A stretch of DNA of 56,965 nucleotides, from positions 1-56,965 of the IMG/VR virus record IMGVR_UViG_3300015200_000003; one strand, 5' to 3'. Below are positions 24,343 through 37,300 of the stretch, piece by piece. The notes beneath the pieces were generated by a model. That model saw only the letters and a program-made list of their open reading frames with translations, did not search any database and was not told where the DNA came from. Both the position numbers and the translations under genes were made by a program. Numbering within the stretch: the first letter of the stretch is position 1; every line of letters starts with the position of its first letter. This DNA comes from a virus (taxonomy: Duplodnaviria; Caudoviricetes).

Positions 24343-25395
24343 ATGGCAACACGCAACTCCAATTTGCCCAATTGGATGATCGACGCGGCCGGAGCGCCGA
24401 GATCCGGCCGTATCCTGGACGACCCACCCCCCGAGGAGGAGGAGCGACCGATGGCGCTGCCACCACCACCCCCGCCCGATGGCGGCCTGCCGCCGATGCC
24501 CGGTGGTGGTGCCGACCCGATGGCTGCGCTCGCGGGAGCCGCTCCTGGTATCCTGGGTGGTGGGGGTCCACCTCCGCCGCCGCCTGGCCCGAGTTTCATG
24601 CCGCCACCTGACCTGGGTCCGCCCGGCGGCCTACCTCCGCTAGGCGGCCCAGGGATGCCCGGCCCCGGTGTTGGCCCGGGGCCGGGGCTTCCGCCTGGGG
24701 GTGGTCCTCCTCTTCCACCTCCGGGTGGCCCGCCTCCGGGTATTGGTCCGGGTATTCCAGGTATGCCTCCGGGTATTGGTCCGGGTATTCCGCCGCCCGG
24801 CACACCCATGCCGCTGATCCCGCCGACGGGTCCGCTGGCCGACCTGCCACCCCTGATGGAGCAGCGCCCACCCGCGCCGACGGGGCCGACCCCGCCGACC
24901 ATTGGTGTGGCGGGCGGCGGTGCGCCCGGCGCGCAGGCTCCGACCATGAACATCAGCAACTCCGTGGTCAACGTCGGCCAGCAGGATGTGGGAACGCAGG
25001 GCAACCCGGCCGCCCCTGCCTCGGTGCGACCAGGGGGCAGGGAACCATCCCCGCCACCGCCTTCAGCTGGACTCGGTGGTAACCTGTCCGACCTGCTGGG
25101 ACCACCCGAGGGTGTGTCAGATGTGGCACCCGCGCCATCGAGCGCGGCGGCGTTACCACCGTTTGAGCCGATTGCGGGCGCGGGCGCGCCGCCCCCACCA
25201 GGCCCGATGAACCTGCCGTCGGTGGAGGCTCCGCCGATGGAGCCTGCGCCGCTGCCTGAGGCTCCGATGGATCTGCCACCAGAGCCGCCGCTCGATCTTG
25301 GCGCTGCGCCGCTTGACCTGGGACCACCCGCCCTGCCAATGGAGGCTGGTCCGCTTGGCCCGTCCTGGAATTCTGAGGCGGGTGGCTATATCTGA
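24343..25395 (+). CDS. Extremely Pro/Gly-rich protein (350 aa)
   Basis: Open 1 kb frame, TGATG-coupled to the giant gene. Confidence 0.65.
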   Translation: MATRNSNLPNWMIDAAGAPRSGRILDDPPPEEEERPMALPPPPPPDGGLPPMPGGGADPMAALAGAAPGILGGGGPPPPPPGPSFMPPPDLGPPGGLPPLGGPGMPGPGVGPGPGLPPGGGPPLPPPGGPPPGIGPGIPGMPPGIGPGIPPPGTPMPLIPPTGPLADLPPLMEQRPPAPTGPTPPTIGVAGGGAPGAQAPTMNISNSVVNVGQQDVGTQGNPAAPASVRPGGREPSPPPPSAGLGGNLSDLLGPPEGVSDVAPAPSSAAALPPFEPIAGAGAPPPPGPMNLPSVEAPPMEPAPLPEAPMDLPPEPPLDLGAAPLDLGPPALPMEAGPLGPSWNSEAGGYI

Positions 25396-28300
25396 TGGCC
25401 GCCGAGTGGGAGGACTGGGGGTACGAGTACGAGGAGCCGGAGGCCGAGTACTACGACGACGCCTACGCCTACGAGGAGCCGGAGTGGGAGTACAACGACG
25501 ACGAGTACGAGTACGAGTACGACCCGTCGGAACTGTGGGCGGAGAGTGACGAGGACTACGGTGACGGGGGCGGCTACAGCTACGAGCCGCAAGAGTACGC
25601 CGAGTCGGTAGAGGCCGCTTACGCCCCGCTCCCGGAGCCAGAGCCGCTTGCCTATGCCGATCCGTACGCCCAGGCTGCACCTGAGACGGGTGAACTCGCT
25701 GCCACCGGTGACTGGTGGAGCGACCTGTGGAATGACACTGCGGCTACGCCAGCGAAACCCGTCGCCGCCAAGCCAGGCGAGAAGCCACCGATCAGTGATG
25801 ACTGGTGGACGAACCTCTGGAACGAGACCCAGCCAGCCGCCAAGCCAGCCGCGCAGCCAGCCGCCAAGGCCCAGAACCCGAACACCGTCGGCACCATCAC
25901 CACCTGGGCCGACGGCACGCCCATGTCCGAGAAGGAACAGAAGCAGGCCCGCGTCTACCAGATCGCCCTCGAAGAGGGGCTGAATGCAGAAGGTGCGCGG
26001 ACGATGGTCGCGGTCACCGAGACCGAGAACGGCCTGTTCGGCGCGGTGGGCGACACCGAACTGAACCCGCTCGGGTCACGCGGTCCCTACCAGTTCTACG
26101 AGGGCGGGCAGATGCCGGCCTTCCGCGCGTGGCTGAAGAACGAAGGCATCCCCGGCGACCCGAACGTGCTGGTCAACGACGTGGACCTGGCGACCCGATT
26201 CGCTGCGCGGAACTACCTGGGCGAGACGATCAAACGCGGTCAGTCGCAGGGGTTGGCTGGCGCGGACCTGGGGACGTTTACCCAACGGTACGGCCAGGTG
26301 TCGGTCAATCCCGAGAAGACCGGCCGCAACTACACCGCGCTATTCGGCGCAGGTGACCGGTACGCGGACGCCTTGCGGGTGGCCGTGCCGGACCCGGCCT
26401 CGCGTCAGACCGCCAACCAGAAGATCCCGCCAGGCCACTACGACGGCGATGGCCATGACCACGGGGTGGCCACCCCCTACACCCAACAGCAGACCGACAA
26501 GGCCGGCAACGTCTACACGGTCGCGTTCGACTACGACGCGCCGTACGACAACCCGTTCAACCCGGCGATCCCCCGCCACCGTGGGGTCGATCTCCAGGTG
26601 ACCGGGGTGCCGAACGGCGGCATGGACACGCCGTACACGGCGTTCAGAAGTGGCAAGGTCGCCCACATCACCAATGACCCGCACGGTGGGATCGGGATCA
26701 TTGTCGATACCGGCGATCCGAACGCCAGGTATGACCGCTACTTCCACAACAACGCCGTCTCGGTGAAGGTGGGCGACACCGTCACGGCTGGCGAGACCAA
26801 CCTGGGTCTGATCGGTGAGAGCGGGACGAAGGGCTTCCCGCACCTGCACTACGAGGTCTCCCAGGGCATCAACGGCGACCCGTCCGGGCAGACGATTGAC
26901 CCGCGCCCGTACATGAGCCGCCCGGTCGCTACCCCGGCCACCCGCGAGCAGGCGCGCACGCAGATCGCCGGCACCCAGTACCGCCCGGAGACGATCCCTG
27001 ACTGGTGGGCGGACTACTTTGGGCCGCAGGCCGCGCCCCCCACGCAAGGGCGTCCGCTTGTCGCCGCCGCCGCACCGGCCGCCGCACCAGCAGCGGCCCC
27101 CGTCCCACCCCCGCGCCAGATCGCCCTGAACACGCCGTACACCTCGGGCAAGCGCACCCAGACCGCTGGGGTGGTGATCCACGCGACCCACGGCGGGGCA
27201 GCCACGCCGCAGGAGGAGTTCGACTGGACCCTGCGCCACTTCGGGAACAACGCGGACCAGGTGTCCGCGAACGCCGTGATCGGCGCGGATGGGACGGTGG
27301 CCCTGGTTGGGGACTGGGACGCGACCACCCACCACGCGGGCGAGAACAACAAAACGATGTTCGGCATCGAACTGGCCCGCGCCAGGCCGGGTGAGGCGTA
27401 CACGGACGCGCAATACGCGAGCCTGGGCTGGCTGCTGGGCGAGGTCAGTAAGCGGTACAACCTGCCGCTGACCCGCCAGACCGTGGTCGGCCACGAGGAA
27501 CTGGAGCAGGGCAAGCGGTCGAACAAGATCGACCCTGGTCCCGAGTTCAGCTTCGAGCGGGCGATCACGGCTGCGGCTCCTCGTCCCGCCGCTCCCGCCC
27601 CGTCTACCCCCGCGCCTGCCCCAACGCAGGGTGCGGCGCGTCCAGCGCCACGAGGTGACGCTGACGTGGGACCACGCACCGGGGCTGGGGCAGCCGCCGC
27701 ACCAGCGCAACAGCAAGCGCTGCCAGCGGAGACCCAGACGGCGCTGACCGAGTGGCAGCGCTTCCGCCGCTCACGGGGGGAGTCCGAGACAGACATCGGA
27801 GCCTTCCGCGCCCACCTGGGACGGCTAGGCGCACCGGACCCGTGGGCGGCCGACGAGCAGGCGCGGGCTGCGGTGGAGCAACAGAACGCCGAGAGCCGCT
27901 CGACGTTCCTGGCCCAGCTTCCAGGACCGACCCAGCAGGCGTACATCGAGTGGGAAGCGATGCGGCGCTCGCGTGGCGAGGATGTCTCTGACATCCCGGC
28001 CTTTCGCGCGCACCTGGATCGACTGGGTGCGCCGAACCCGTGGACCCAACAGGAACAAGAGCGGGCGCGCGCCGAGACTGAGCGCGCGCAGATCGCGACC
28101 CGCAACGCCGAGATCGCGCGGCAGAACGCCGAAATCACGCGGCGGAACGCGGCGGTCCAGAGCGAGATTGATCGTCAGAACGCGGCGATCACCAGCATGA
28201 ACACCCACTATACCGAGCAGTTCGCCGCCGCCAAGCGTGAAGAGGCCGCGCTCGCGGAGTGGCAGCAGGCGACCCGTCTGCGTGCGGGCGACATGATGGA

Positions 28301-31300
28301 GCCAGATCCTGGCCCGCGCCCGTCAACCCCGAACCTGGATTGGCTCCAGCAGCGACAGGCCGCCGATCAGGACACCGGCCCGCGCGAGCAGACAGCTGTT
28401 CAGCGAGCGCCGCTGATCGCGCACACCGAGCAGCTGATCGCCAATCCTGACGCAGGGCCGCGCGAGGCGACTCGCGCCCAGAACCTCCAGCTTGCCGAGA
28501 ATCTGCGCCTTGCCGCTCCGCCACCACCACCACCGACGATTGCGCCGACGATTCCGGAACCCAGGGGCTGGGTGGACGACGCCAAGGACTGGATGCGGGA
28601 GAACCTGCCGCAGGATGGGTCACCGACCCCGGTGGGCCAGGTCGATCCGTACTGGCGCGACTGGTATCTGAGAAGTGGCGTTTCACCTGAAGAGGCGGAT
28701 CGTCTGGCGACCGTCACCGGCGAGACGCCGATCCAGGCGGGTGGACGGCTGGTGCGGGGTGCGGGCGAGGCCATCGCACCGTACGTCCCACCGGATGAGC
28801 CGAGGTACGGCCCTGGCGGCATCTACTCGGTCCCATCGGGCCAGGTCGATCCCGTCTGGCGCGACTGGTATCTGAGAAGTGGCGTTTCACCCGAGGAGGC
28901 GGATCGCCTGGCGACCGTGCCGACCTACACGACCGAGGTCTCGAAGGACCGCGAGGTCGTCATCCCAGCCCAGCCTGAGCGGTTCAGCGAGCAAGACTAC
29001 AACTGGATGATCGGAGCCGGTATCTCCGAGGAGGAGGCGCGGCGTCGGGCCACGTCCCCCGCCACGCCTGAACGGCGGACCCGCGTCAGTTACGGTGCGC
29101 CCGAGCAGATCGTGGACCCCAACCTGTCGGCTATCGACATCACCCAGCACGCTCTGGACCGTGCCAAGACTGGCGTCCAGACCGCGCTTCTGGGGGCCGC
29201 CACCGACATCGCTCAGCGAGTCGGGCGGCAGGACTGGGCGGACCAATTCCTGACTCAGCGTCAGGATGTCGAGGATGCTGCCATCGCCCGTGGTGCCTAC
29301 ATCACGGCGGCTGAGGGAGTACTCGACCCCCACACCCTGATCAACCCGACCGGACTCTACGAGTCGCTGATCGAGAACGCGCCTTCGACCGTTGCGAACC
29401 TCGCATCGCTCGCATTGGGTGGGTCGGGAATTCTGGCGAACGCGGCGCGTCTGCCGCGACTGGCCTCCGCGCTCTACACGACTGGTCGGGTGGCGGGGTA
29501 CGGTGGCCTTGCCCTTGGCGTGGTGCAGCAGGCTGCCGACACGCGCCGCGAGTTGGATGCTGAGGTGGCCAGCGGGCGCATCTCCCCCCAGATGGCGGAT
29601 CTCGCGGCGGTGTTCACGGGGTCGCTGGAAGGGGTCACCGAGCAGATCTTCCCTGGCGCTGATCGTGAGATCCGCCGTGGGTTGAACCACGCGGTGGCCG
29701 AGAATGTCATCCAGGCTGCCCGCCGACGAGGTGTCCATCTGGTTGGCGACCTGGGTCGTGAAATGGGTACCGAGGCTGCCGAGGAGATGCTCTCACAGAT
29801 CGGCCAGGAGGGAGTGACCCAGGCGCTCCAACAGGAGAAGCCGGGTCTGCTGGAAGCGCTCAAGAACGTCGTTGAGGCCGGGTTGGTCGGTGGTGCTTCT
29901 GGTGGTGGCCTGTCTCTCGCCAGCAACGCCGTTCAGGCTGGTGGCGCTGCCCTGGCTGAGCGTCGTCAGCAAGCGGCCTACGAGGCGTTTGTGGCAACCG
30001 CTGGTGACCCAGGCTTCCAGCTTGGGACACGGAACTGGGAGCAGGGGGCGAGAGCCGCGCAGCTTCCAGACTTCGTGCCGCTCGCGGACGCCCCGGCCCC
30101 GTTCGACATCCTGGCCGATCACGGTCTGCAGATGCAGCCGTCGAAGGCGGACTCTAGCCAGTTCATCGTGCGGCAGGTCTTGCCCGCCGAGCCAGGCGGG
30201 CAGCCAGGGGTGCGCACGTTCACCTTGAACCTGACGCCGCAGGGTACCTACCTGGCGCGCGAGTACAACGGCGAGCAGCCGGTGACCGCCGCCGCCTGGG
30301 CTGCGCCCAACCCAGCCACGGGCGCGGTCGGTGGGACGCCTGCCGATGTCGAGTTGGCGTCGAATCGCTTCCAGGCCGCGACCGCCACCCTGGCCGCGCG
30401 CGGGCTGTTCAGTGATGAGACCTCTCAGCAGTTAGGCGAGTCGTACCGCGCGCACATCCAGGGAGCGCTTGACCGCGCGAATGCAGCGCCATCCGCCACC
30501 GGTCAGGCGGGTGTGGCCCCACGGGCGTACCACATGCCTGAGAACCAGGCGGGCTACGAGGCGCGACGGGCTGCCGCGTACCAGCGGCAGGTTGAGGCGG
30601 CGCAGGCGCGCGGTGAGCCAATCCCACCCCCACCTGCGCACGAGGATGTGATCCCGCCAGAGAAGTGGGTCGATGTCGGTGTGGCTGCGGGGACGAACGT
30701 TCCCTTCCTGGCTGGTGCGCATCTGCCGGGTGATCTGGTCACGGCGATGCGTGACGACCCCGTCAACGCCGGCATCCTGGCGATGTCGGCGGGCGCGATG
30801 GCGTACGGCGACCAGTTTGCCCGCGAGGCCGGGGTGTTGCCACCTGGCGGCGAACGGCAGATGGTGGGGTCCGTCGCCCCAGGCGTCAACGCCTACAACG
30901 ACAATCGTGGCGCATACGACCCCAGGACTGGCACCAGCGCCCCTGGTCAGTACCACGTCAACTCGGGCCAGATCCTTATGTCGGCGCTGTATCGGCTGGC
31001 GAAGCGGCCGGTCCAACTCCCGAACGGGCAGACGACCACGCTACAGGCGGTGGCGGAGGCGAAGGGCGACACGATCTGGGACTTGCGCCGCAGTCGGTTG
31101 TTCCCGAGTTACGTGGCGCGGGTGATCGTGGAGCAGGCGGCGCACGAGTCACCGCACGATCTGGTCAAGGACCACAGTGCGATCCACGGGAACCTAACCG
31201 CCGGGTTCATGAACACGATGGTCGCTCACTACCAGCAAGTCCTACCGCTCGTCCAGCAGTGGCACGCATCGGGCGCACTGGACACCACCCTGCGGACCTA

Positions 31301-34300
31301 TGGCCGCCTCTTACAGGCGTCATCCGAGAATCCGACGTGGCAGAGGGAGGGGAACAACCTTGTTGCCGCACTCGAACAGCAACAGACTGGAAACCGAGGC
31401 GATGCAGGAGGTGCTGGTGTCGATGCTGGTGCGCTCAGCCGAGGAGGGCAACCAGGAGAAAGCGCAGTTCTACCTGCGGTCGGCGGAGCAGGCCGGAATG
31501 GATCCGGAGCAGGCGTTGCAGGCGGCGCAGCAACAACTCCCGGACAACGCACTGCTGGCGTCCCTGATCTCGGCCCGCCCAGCACCGACGGACGACCCAT
31601 CGCCGGCGTCCCCGATCTTGGACCCCCGCCTGCCCCAGGATCTCCGGCCGCTGGGACCGCTGCCGCCGGAGTAAGGGGAGCCAACCTGCCCAGGCTGCCG
31701 CGCGGGCGGCGGGGCGGTGTGGTCACGCCAGGGCGAACCCCGACGCCGCAGCAAAGCTGGAAGCAGGCCCAGAACCAGGCTGTCCGTCAGGATGCAGCCC
31801 TGAGGCAGGCCAGGCAAGCGCGGATTCCCATCGATGCGGGAGTCGCGGCGGCGCAGAGCATCACGGGGATGTTTGCTCGCCCAGACCAGATCGCGGCGAT
31901 GGGTGCGGATGGCCGTCCGCTGGCTGGACCCTCAGCGATGGTCAGCCAGGAAGTCGCGGCCTCGCTCCCGATCAAGGTCCGCCCGCTCGCCTCGTACCCA
32001 GAGGGATTCATGAAGGCGGCGGCGAACTCCTGGAAGATGGACAACGAACATACCCAGAATCCGCCGTACTTCGTTCCAGGGGTCGGGATGGTCTTCCCTG
32101 ACGTGTACCGTCAGGCGAACAAGGTGGACACCGACCGTCGCGCTCCACGCCAGATCGTCTACTACACCCTTTGGGTGGGCTATGACCCGGGCTACGGCGG
32201 CGGGCTGGCAAAGAACGATGTCGGGATTACCACCAAGGAGAAGGGTAAGGGGTCCAAGATCTTTGGTGAGCATGTGATGCGGAACCCGCTGGTGTACCAC
32301 GGCGGGGTGCTGCTCTCCGATCACATCAACCAGTTGCTCGACATCGTGGGTGAGTCACGCGACTACACCAACGCCGTGATCATCCCGATGTTCCAGGACG
32401 CCGCGACCTCGACGCCGACGGTCGAAAGCGTGACCTCGCTGATGACGCAGATGGGGTACGGGGATCCGACCCAGGCTCCGCTGCTGCTCGCGGCTTCTAA
32501 TGGCAAGTGGGGCTTCGACGCAGGCGGGCTGGCCGACCTGATCATCACCTCGATGCTGGGCTATGAGGGACGCGCCCGTGGATATGACGGGGTCATCACC
32601 TGGGCCGATCAGGGCGACGAGTACGGCGGTCGCTTCAAGCGAGCGTACCCGGTGGTCACCGAGGGTGCCAGCTTCATCGAGTGGACCAACCCTGGTACAG
32701 ACAACCAGGGGATCGCGCAGCTTGAACCGGGCATGTTCCAGAACCTGCCGACGCCGGTGATGGAGGCGCTCCTCGAATCCCACCGCCTCAAGAACGATCC
32801 GGAGGTCAACTCAGACCGCGTCCAAGCGTTGCTCGCAGAGGCGGACGCGGTGGTGCACGCGCACCCCATACGGCCGCACCTCAAGGGGTACTCCGTCCGG
32901 GACGGGCGGCTGATGTATCGCAACCGCGACGGGCTGCACGATACGGGGTACGCCGTCGAGGGCAATCAGCTGGTGTACCAGGGCAAGGTCCGCGAGGGGT
33001 ACGAGGTTCGCAACGGCCAGCTGTACTACACCGGCGGCGTCTCCTCGACCGAGGGGGGCGTCCCAGCGCCGCCGCCAACAGAACGTCTCACCTATGGCGA
33101 GTTCTTTGAGCAGTACCGTCGTCTGACGGCTATGCGCCAGACGATTGAGGGGTTCCCGCTGAATCATGTCCGTCGTGGAACAGCGCTGCAGGCCATTGTG
33201 GATGAGACGCGTGCATTGGTTGATGCGAACCCTGACCTGATGAAGCGGCTGCGCGAACAGGTGCGCCAGAAGAAACTCCAGAGGCAGCAGCAAGGGGGCC
33301 AACTCCAAGCGCCGTCCGCGATGGCAGCGGAGCGTCCGCCGAACCCCGACTTCCCGCACGGCCTCTACCCCGACGAGATGGTCACCCCGACCGCCCGCGA
33401 GGCGATGGCCTCCAAGGTCGCGCCGCCGCCGCGCCTGGACGAGAACGGGGATCCTGTCCCCGGCACGGGTGGCTGGGCTGGTCCGGGCGAACTGTCGCGG
33501 ATCGCCTACGAAGACCTGCCGAACCGCGAGATCTACGAGCAGGCTGGCTGGGTCATCCTCGATAACGGCTTCATCCCGCCGGGCATGGCAGCGGCGGCGG
33601 CGGCGTCGGAGGACGCCGAGGCCAGCGACGTAGTCAAGCCGAGCCGCAAGGAGTTGACGGCCCAAGCGACGGCGGATCGGTGGGCGGTCTGGCGACAGGT
33701 CATGCCGAACCTGCGCCTACCGCCGGGGATGCAGAACCTCGAAATGGAGGCGTTCCTCGACTACCTGGCGTCGTTCCGCTCGGGGATCGTGGACGGCACC
33801 ACCAAGCCCGAGGTTGGCGTGCTGGGGTCGCTGCTAGCGCTGGGATCGGTCAAGCGCTCCGGGCGGTCGTACGTCAAGACCCTGAACGCCCTGTCCGCCA
33901 CCATGGGACGGGAGCGCGCCTACGAACTGGTGATGCGGACGCTGCCCGACATCTACCCGCAGGGGCCGCCGTCGCCGCAGGAGAAGGGCCAGCTGATGCG
34001 GCCCGAAATCCTCTGGGCGATGTTGGCGGGCGACACCACCGACCCGGTCATGATGAAGATGCTGGTCGGCATCGCGCGCCCGGACAGCTTCCGCACCGAG
34101 GAGGAGCGGAGCGCTGCTATCGAGGCGGGGGTCAACCTGCTCTATCAGCGGATCGGCGCGCGTGGTCCTGACAACGAGCCGATCCTGGGGCGGGATGAGA
34201 CCCGCAGCAGTGCGTACCCGCAGGGCAAGCCGATCATGCCGGCTGTTCATGGGCGGGGCGAGGATCCCCAGAAGATCCTGGGAGCCTCCAGGACGCGCGT

Positions 34301-37300
34301 CAACCCCGAGACTGGGGTGGCCGAGATCCAGAAGGCCGGCACACCCTGGAGTCGCTCTGAGCCTGTTCGCTGGAACGAGTTGGTGCAGGCGGCGCAGGCT
34401 GTTGAGGGGGTCGCTGATCCGGACTCGCCGTACGCGGGGATGGAGCCAGGTGGCGAGGAGATGCGGCAGGCGATCATCAATCGCTTGATCGACGCCCACG
34501 CCGCTGGGATCGGGCCGGTCAAGTCGCGGTTCGCCGCCAGTATGACCGCGTTCCCAGACTACGCCACGCTCGACACACGGATGCTGCGTGACGTGTTCGG
34601 CCTCTCCCCGAAGCTGGTGATCCCGACCGTCGAGGAGTACGAGTACCTCTCGGCCAAGCTGGCTTCCATCGGGTCCGACAGCAAGTATCTGTACGGCCAC
34701 CAGTGGCTGCCGTGGGAGTACCTGACCGGCGAGAAGACCACCTACACGGCCCTGATCGGGGTGTACCAGCGGGTCAACGCCTACCTGCAGAACGCCGAGG
34801 CTCGAGCGGCCGAGGAGGGCGTCCCGCTGGCGGATGTCCTGGAGGAGACCAGCCTGGCCGAGCAGCGGCGGCTGGTCAGCTACGCCAAGCCGGAGGACAC
34901 GACCGCGAGGATCGGGTTGGCGTTCCGCCCAGCGGAGGTTGACCAGGACGCCGAGGGTCACGAGGCGATCATCCAGGCGCTGGAAGCTGGCACGGCCGGG
35001 GTCGGAGCGATCAAGACGGCGTTCCCGCAGCTGTTCAACCTGCTGGACGACGCCGGCCTGGAGATCGTAGACAAGATCGGAATTGGCCTCGGCGGCTGGA
35101 AGCAGCAGAAGGACGGGACGTACTACCTGGACCGCAACTTCAACCTCCAGGTGACCGGTCCGAAGGCGTCGGTTCGCTGGTTCTCTGCCGCCATGCTCCA
35201 GGCGCTGCCCGAAGAGAAGGCGGTGATGCTGGTCTACGAGGGACCAGGATCCGTCAAGCAGGATCACTGGGGCGGCCTGACCGTTACGGGCATGACCCGC
35301 GAACACTTGACCGCGTTCACCGCCGAACTGTCAGACGTGTTCGGGGACGGCTGGACCATCACCGCCAAAGCGCGGACGGCCAAGGGCTACCCGGGGGTGA
35401 AAGACCCGACCACCGGCAAGCGAGGTGCGCGGGACGACCGCGAGATCGAGCGAGCCGGCAAGGGTGGCGAGGTCTTCGACGTGCAGGTGCTGGCCGGCGC
35501 GGTCAAGGCGTACGGCGGTAACGGGATCGCGCTGCGCAAGCAAGTATCGAACGTCATGCGAGGTCTTAGCAGAAGAGGCTATACTCCTGAGAGATCTGAG
35601 ACCGTACGGGCTGAACTGGAGTTCATGGACCGTGCAGAAGCAAGAGAGGTCGTCCGTGGAGGACCAGCCGGAGCAATTGCCTACGAAGGACCAACGCCTG
35701 TTCGACTTCAGCGGATGGCGCGACGAACCCGACCTGACGCCCGAAGAAGAGGCGGCGTACCTCCAGGAGATCGAGGAGGCGACCGCGAGGCGGGACAAGG
35801 AAGGGTACCGAGCGACGATCTATCTGGGCGGGAAGAACTTCTAGCCGGCCCGTCAGCGATGGTGGCGGAGCCGATTGCCCGCACCCTCGCTGGCCCGGTC
35901 ACCATCCCCGAGGATCCGTCCTTCCGTGAGGCGGTTGCCAACACACCCGGCGCGGCCTTGACCGACGACGGGTTGGCGGTGGACTTCATCCGCTATCAGG
36001 TGCCAGAGCAGGAGGCCGCAGAGTCGGTCCGCTCGGGCGTCTTCACGATGGCAGCGGGTGTGCCATCCCGTGATCGCACCTACAAGGTCCAGCCGGGGAC
36101 GGTAGGGCGGTACCACGGCGGCACCCAGCGGGTGGCTGGGCGGACCCTGTTCAAGCGCCCGCTGGTCGTCAAAGCCGGTCAGGGTGGCGCGCTGGCCGGA
36201 AATGCCTTCAACCGCATGTACGCGGACGAGCATGGCGACTGGCAGACCGAGGCGCGGCGTGAGCAACGGGCGGCCAAGGCGGCCCTGGACGCTCACCAGG
36301 CGACCGCCGAAGCGGATGCCGCGCAGCATAACCGCGCTGACGGGTACACGCAGTCGGAGGGCTTCTACGAGCGACTGCGGACGCTCCAGTGGCAGGAGCG
36401 CGCCGCTGGCGGCCGTCCGTACGACCGGCTTCTGACGGAGATCGACCTCGCCCTGATTGAAGGCGGCACGGATCCAGACCAGCGATCCGAGTCCCTGGCC
36501 CCGGTCCTAGAGAAGTGGGGAGTGGACGACGGGAGCGCCTACGAGAGGGCCGAGAACATCGCCTACAACGCCAACCGTGGTAACCAGTCGCGCTTCGCCG
36601 CCTCGGAACTGGTGACGGCGTACGTGCTGCGACGGAACGGCTACGACGGGGCGGTCGCCTACTCGGGTAGCTACGGCAACGCGGCACAACTGGGCGAGTT
36701 GTTCGATGTCAGGGCGATCACCTACCCGACCGAGTCTGGCGATGTAACGCTGCACCCGGACTTCCAGCCGTCAGAGATGGGGCCGTCCGCCATGGCGGCC
36801 CAGGGGCCGTCACACCCCGCCCTGATCCGTGCGCAGGCGCGCGCCGTCGAGCGTGGCGTTGCCCGCATTCGCGACGACGCCGCCGAGTACGTGCAGCTGG
36901 CGGGCATCCGTCCGTCGATCCCGCTGACGGCGTACGGTCGGCCGGACCCCGACCTGGGTCAGCGGATCGCGGAGTTCTACGACACCGCGCCCGATAGCCC
37001 GGACGACCCCCAGGTTCGGGCTGCGTACGACGCCCTGAACGACGAGGTCAACGACCAGTACCGGTTCCTGGTCGATAAGGGCGTGACGTTCGTCCCGTAC
37101 TACCTGGAGGGGCCGGCTGGCGACGGGGCCGACTTCAACGGGTACGCCTCCAGCCGCGACATGGTCCGTGATCTGGGCGAGAACAACCGCCTGTACGTGT
37201 TCGCGGACGCGCTCGATCACCCGCTGATGTCGCCGCCAGGCATCCCGTACGACCAGTCCGACAACTGGAAGTTCCGCGCGGTCCACGACTACTTCGGCCA

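Noticed and set aside
23711-24343. 210-aa + strand ORF opposite the HNH gene
   Set aside because: The HNH strand has clear motifs and an RBS; this frame looks like a shadow, although its stop does overlap the next ATG.
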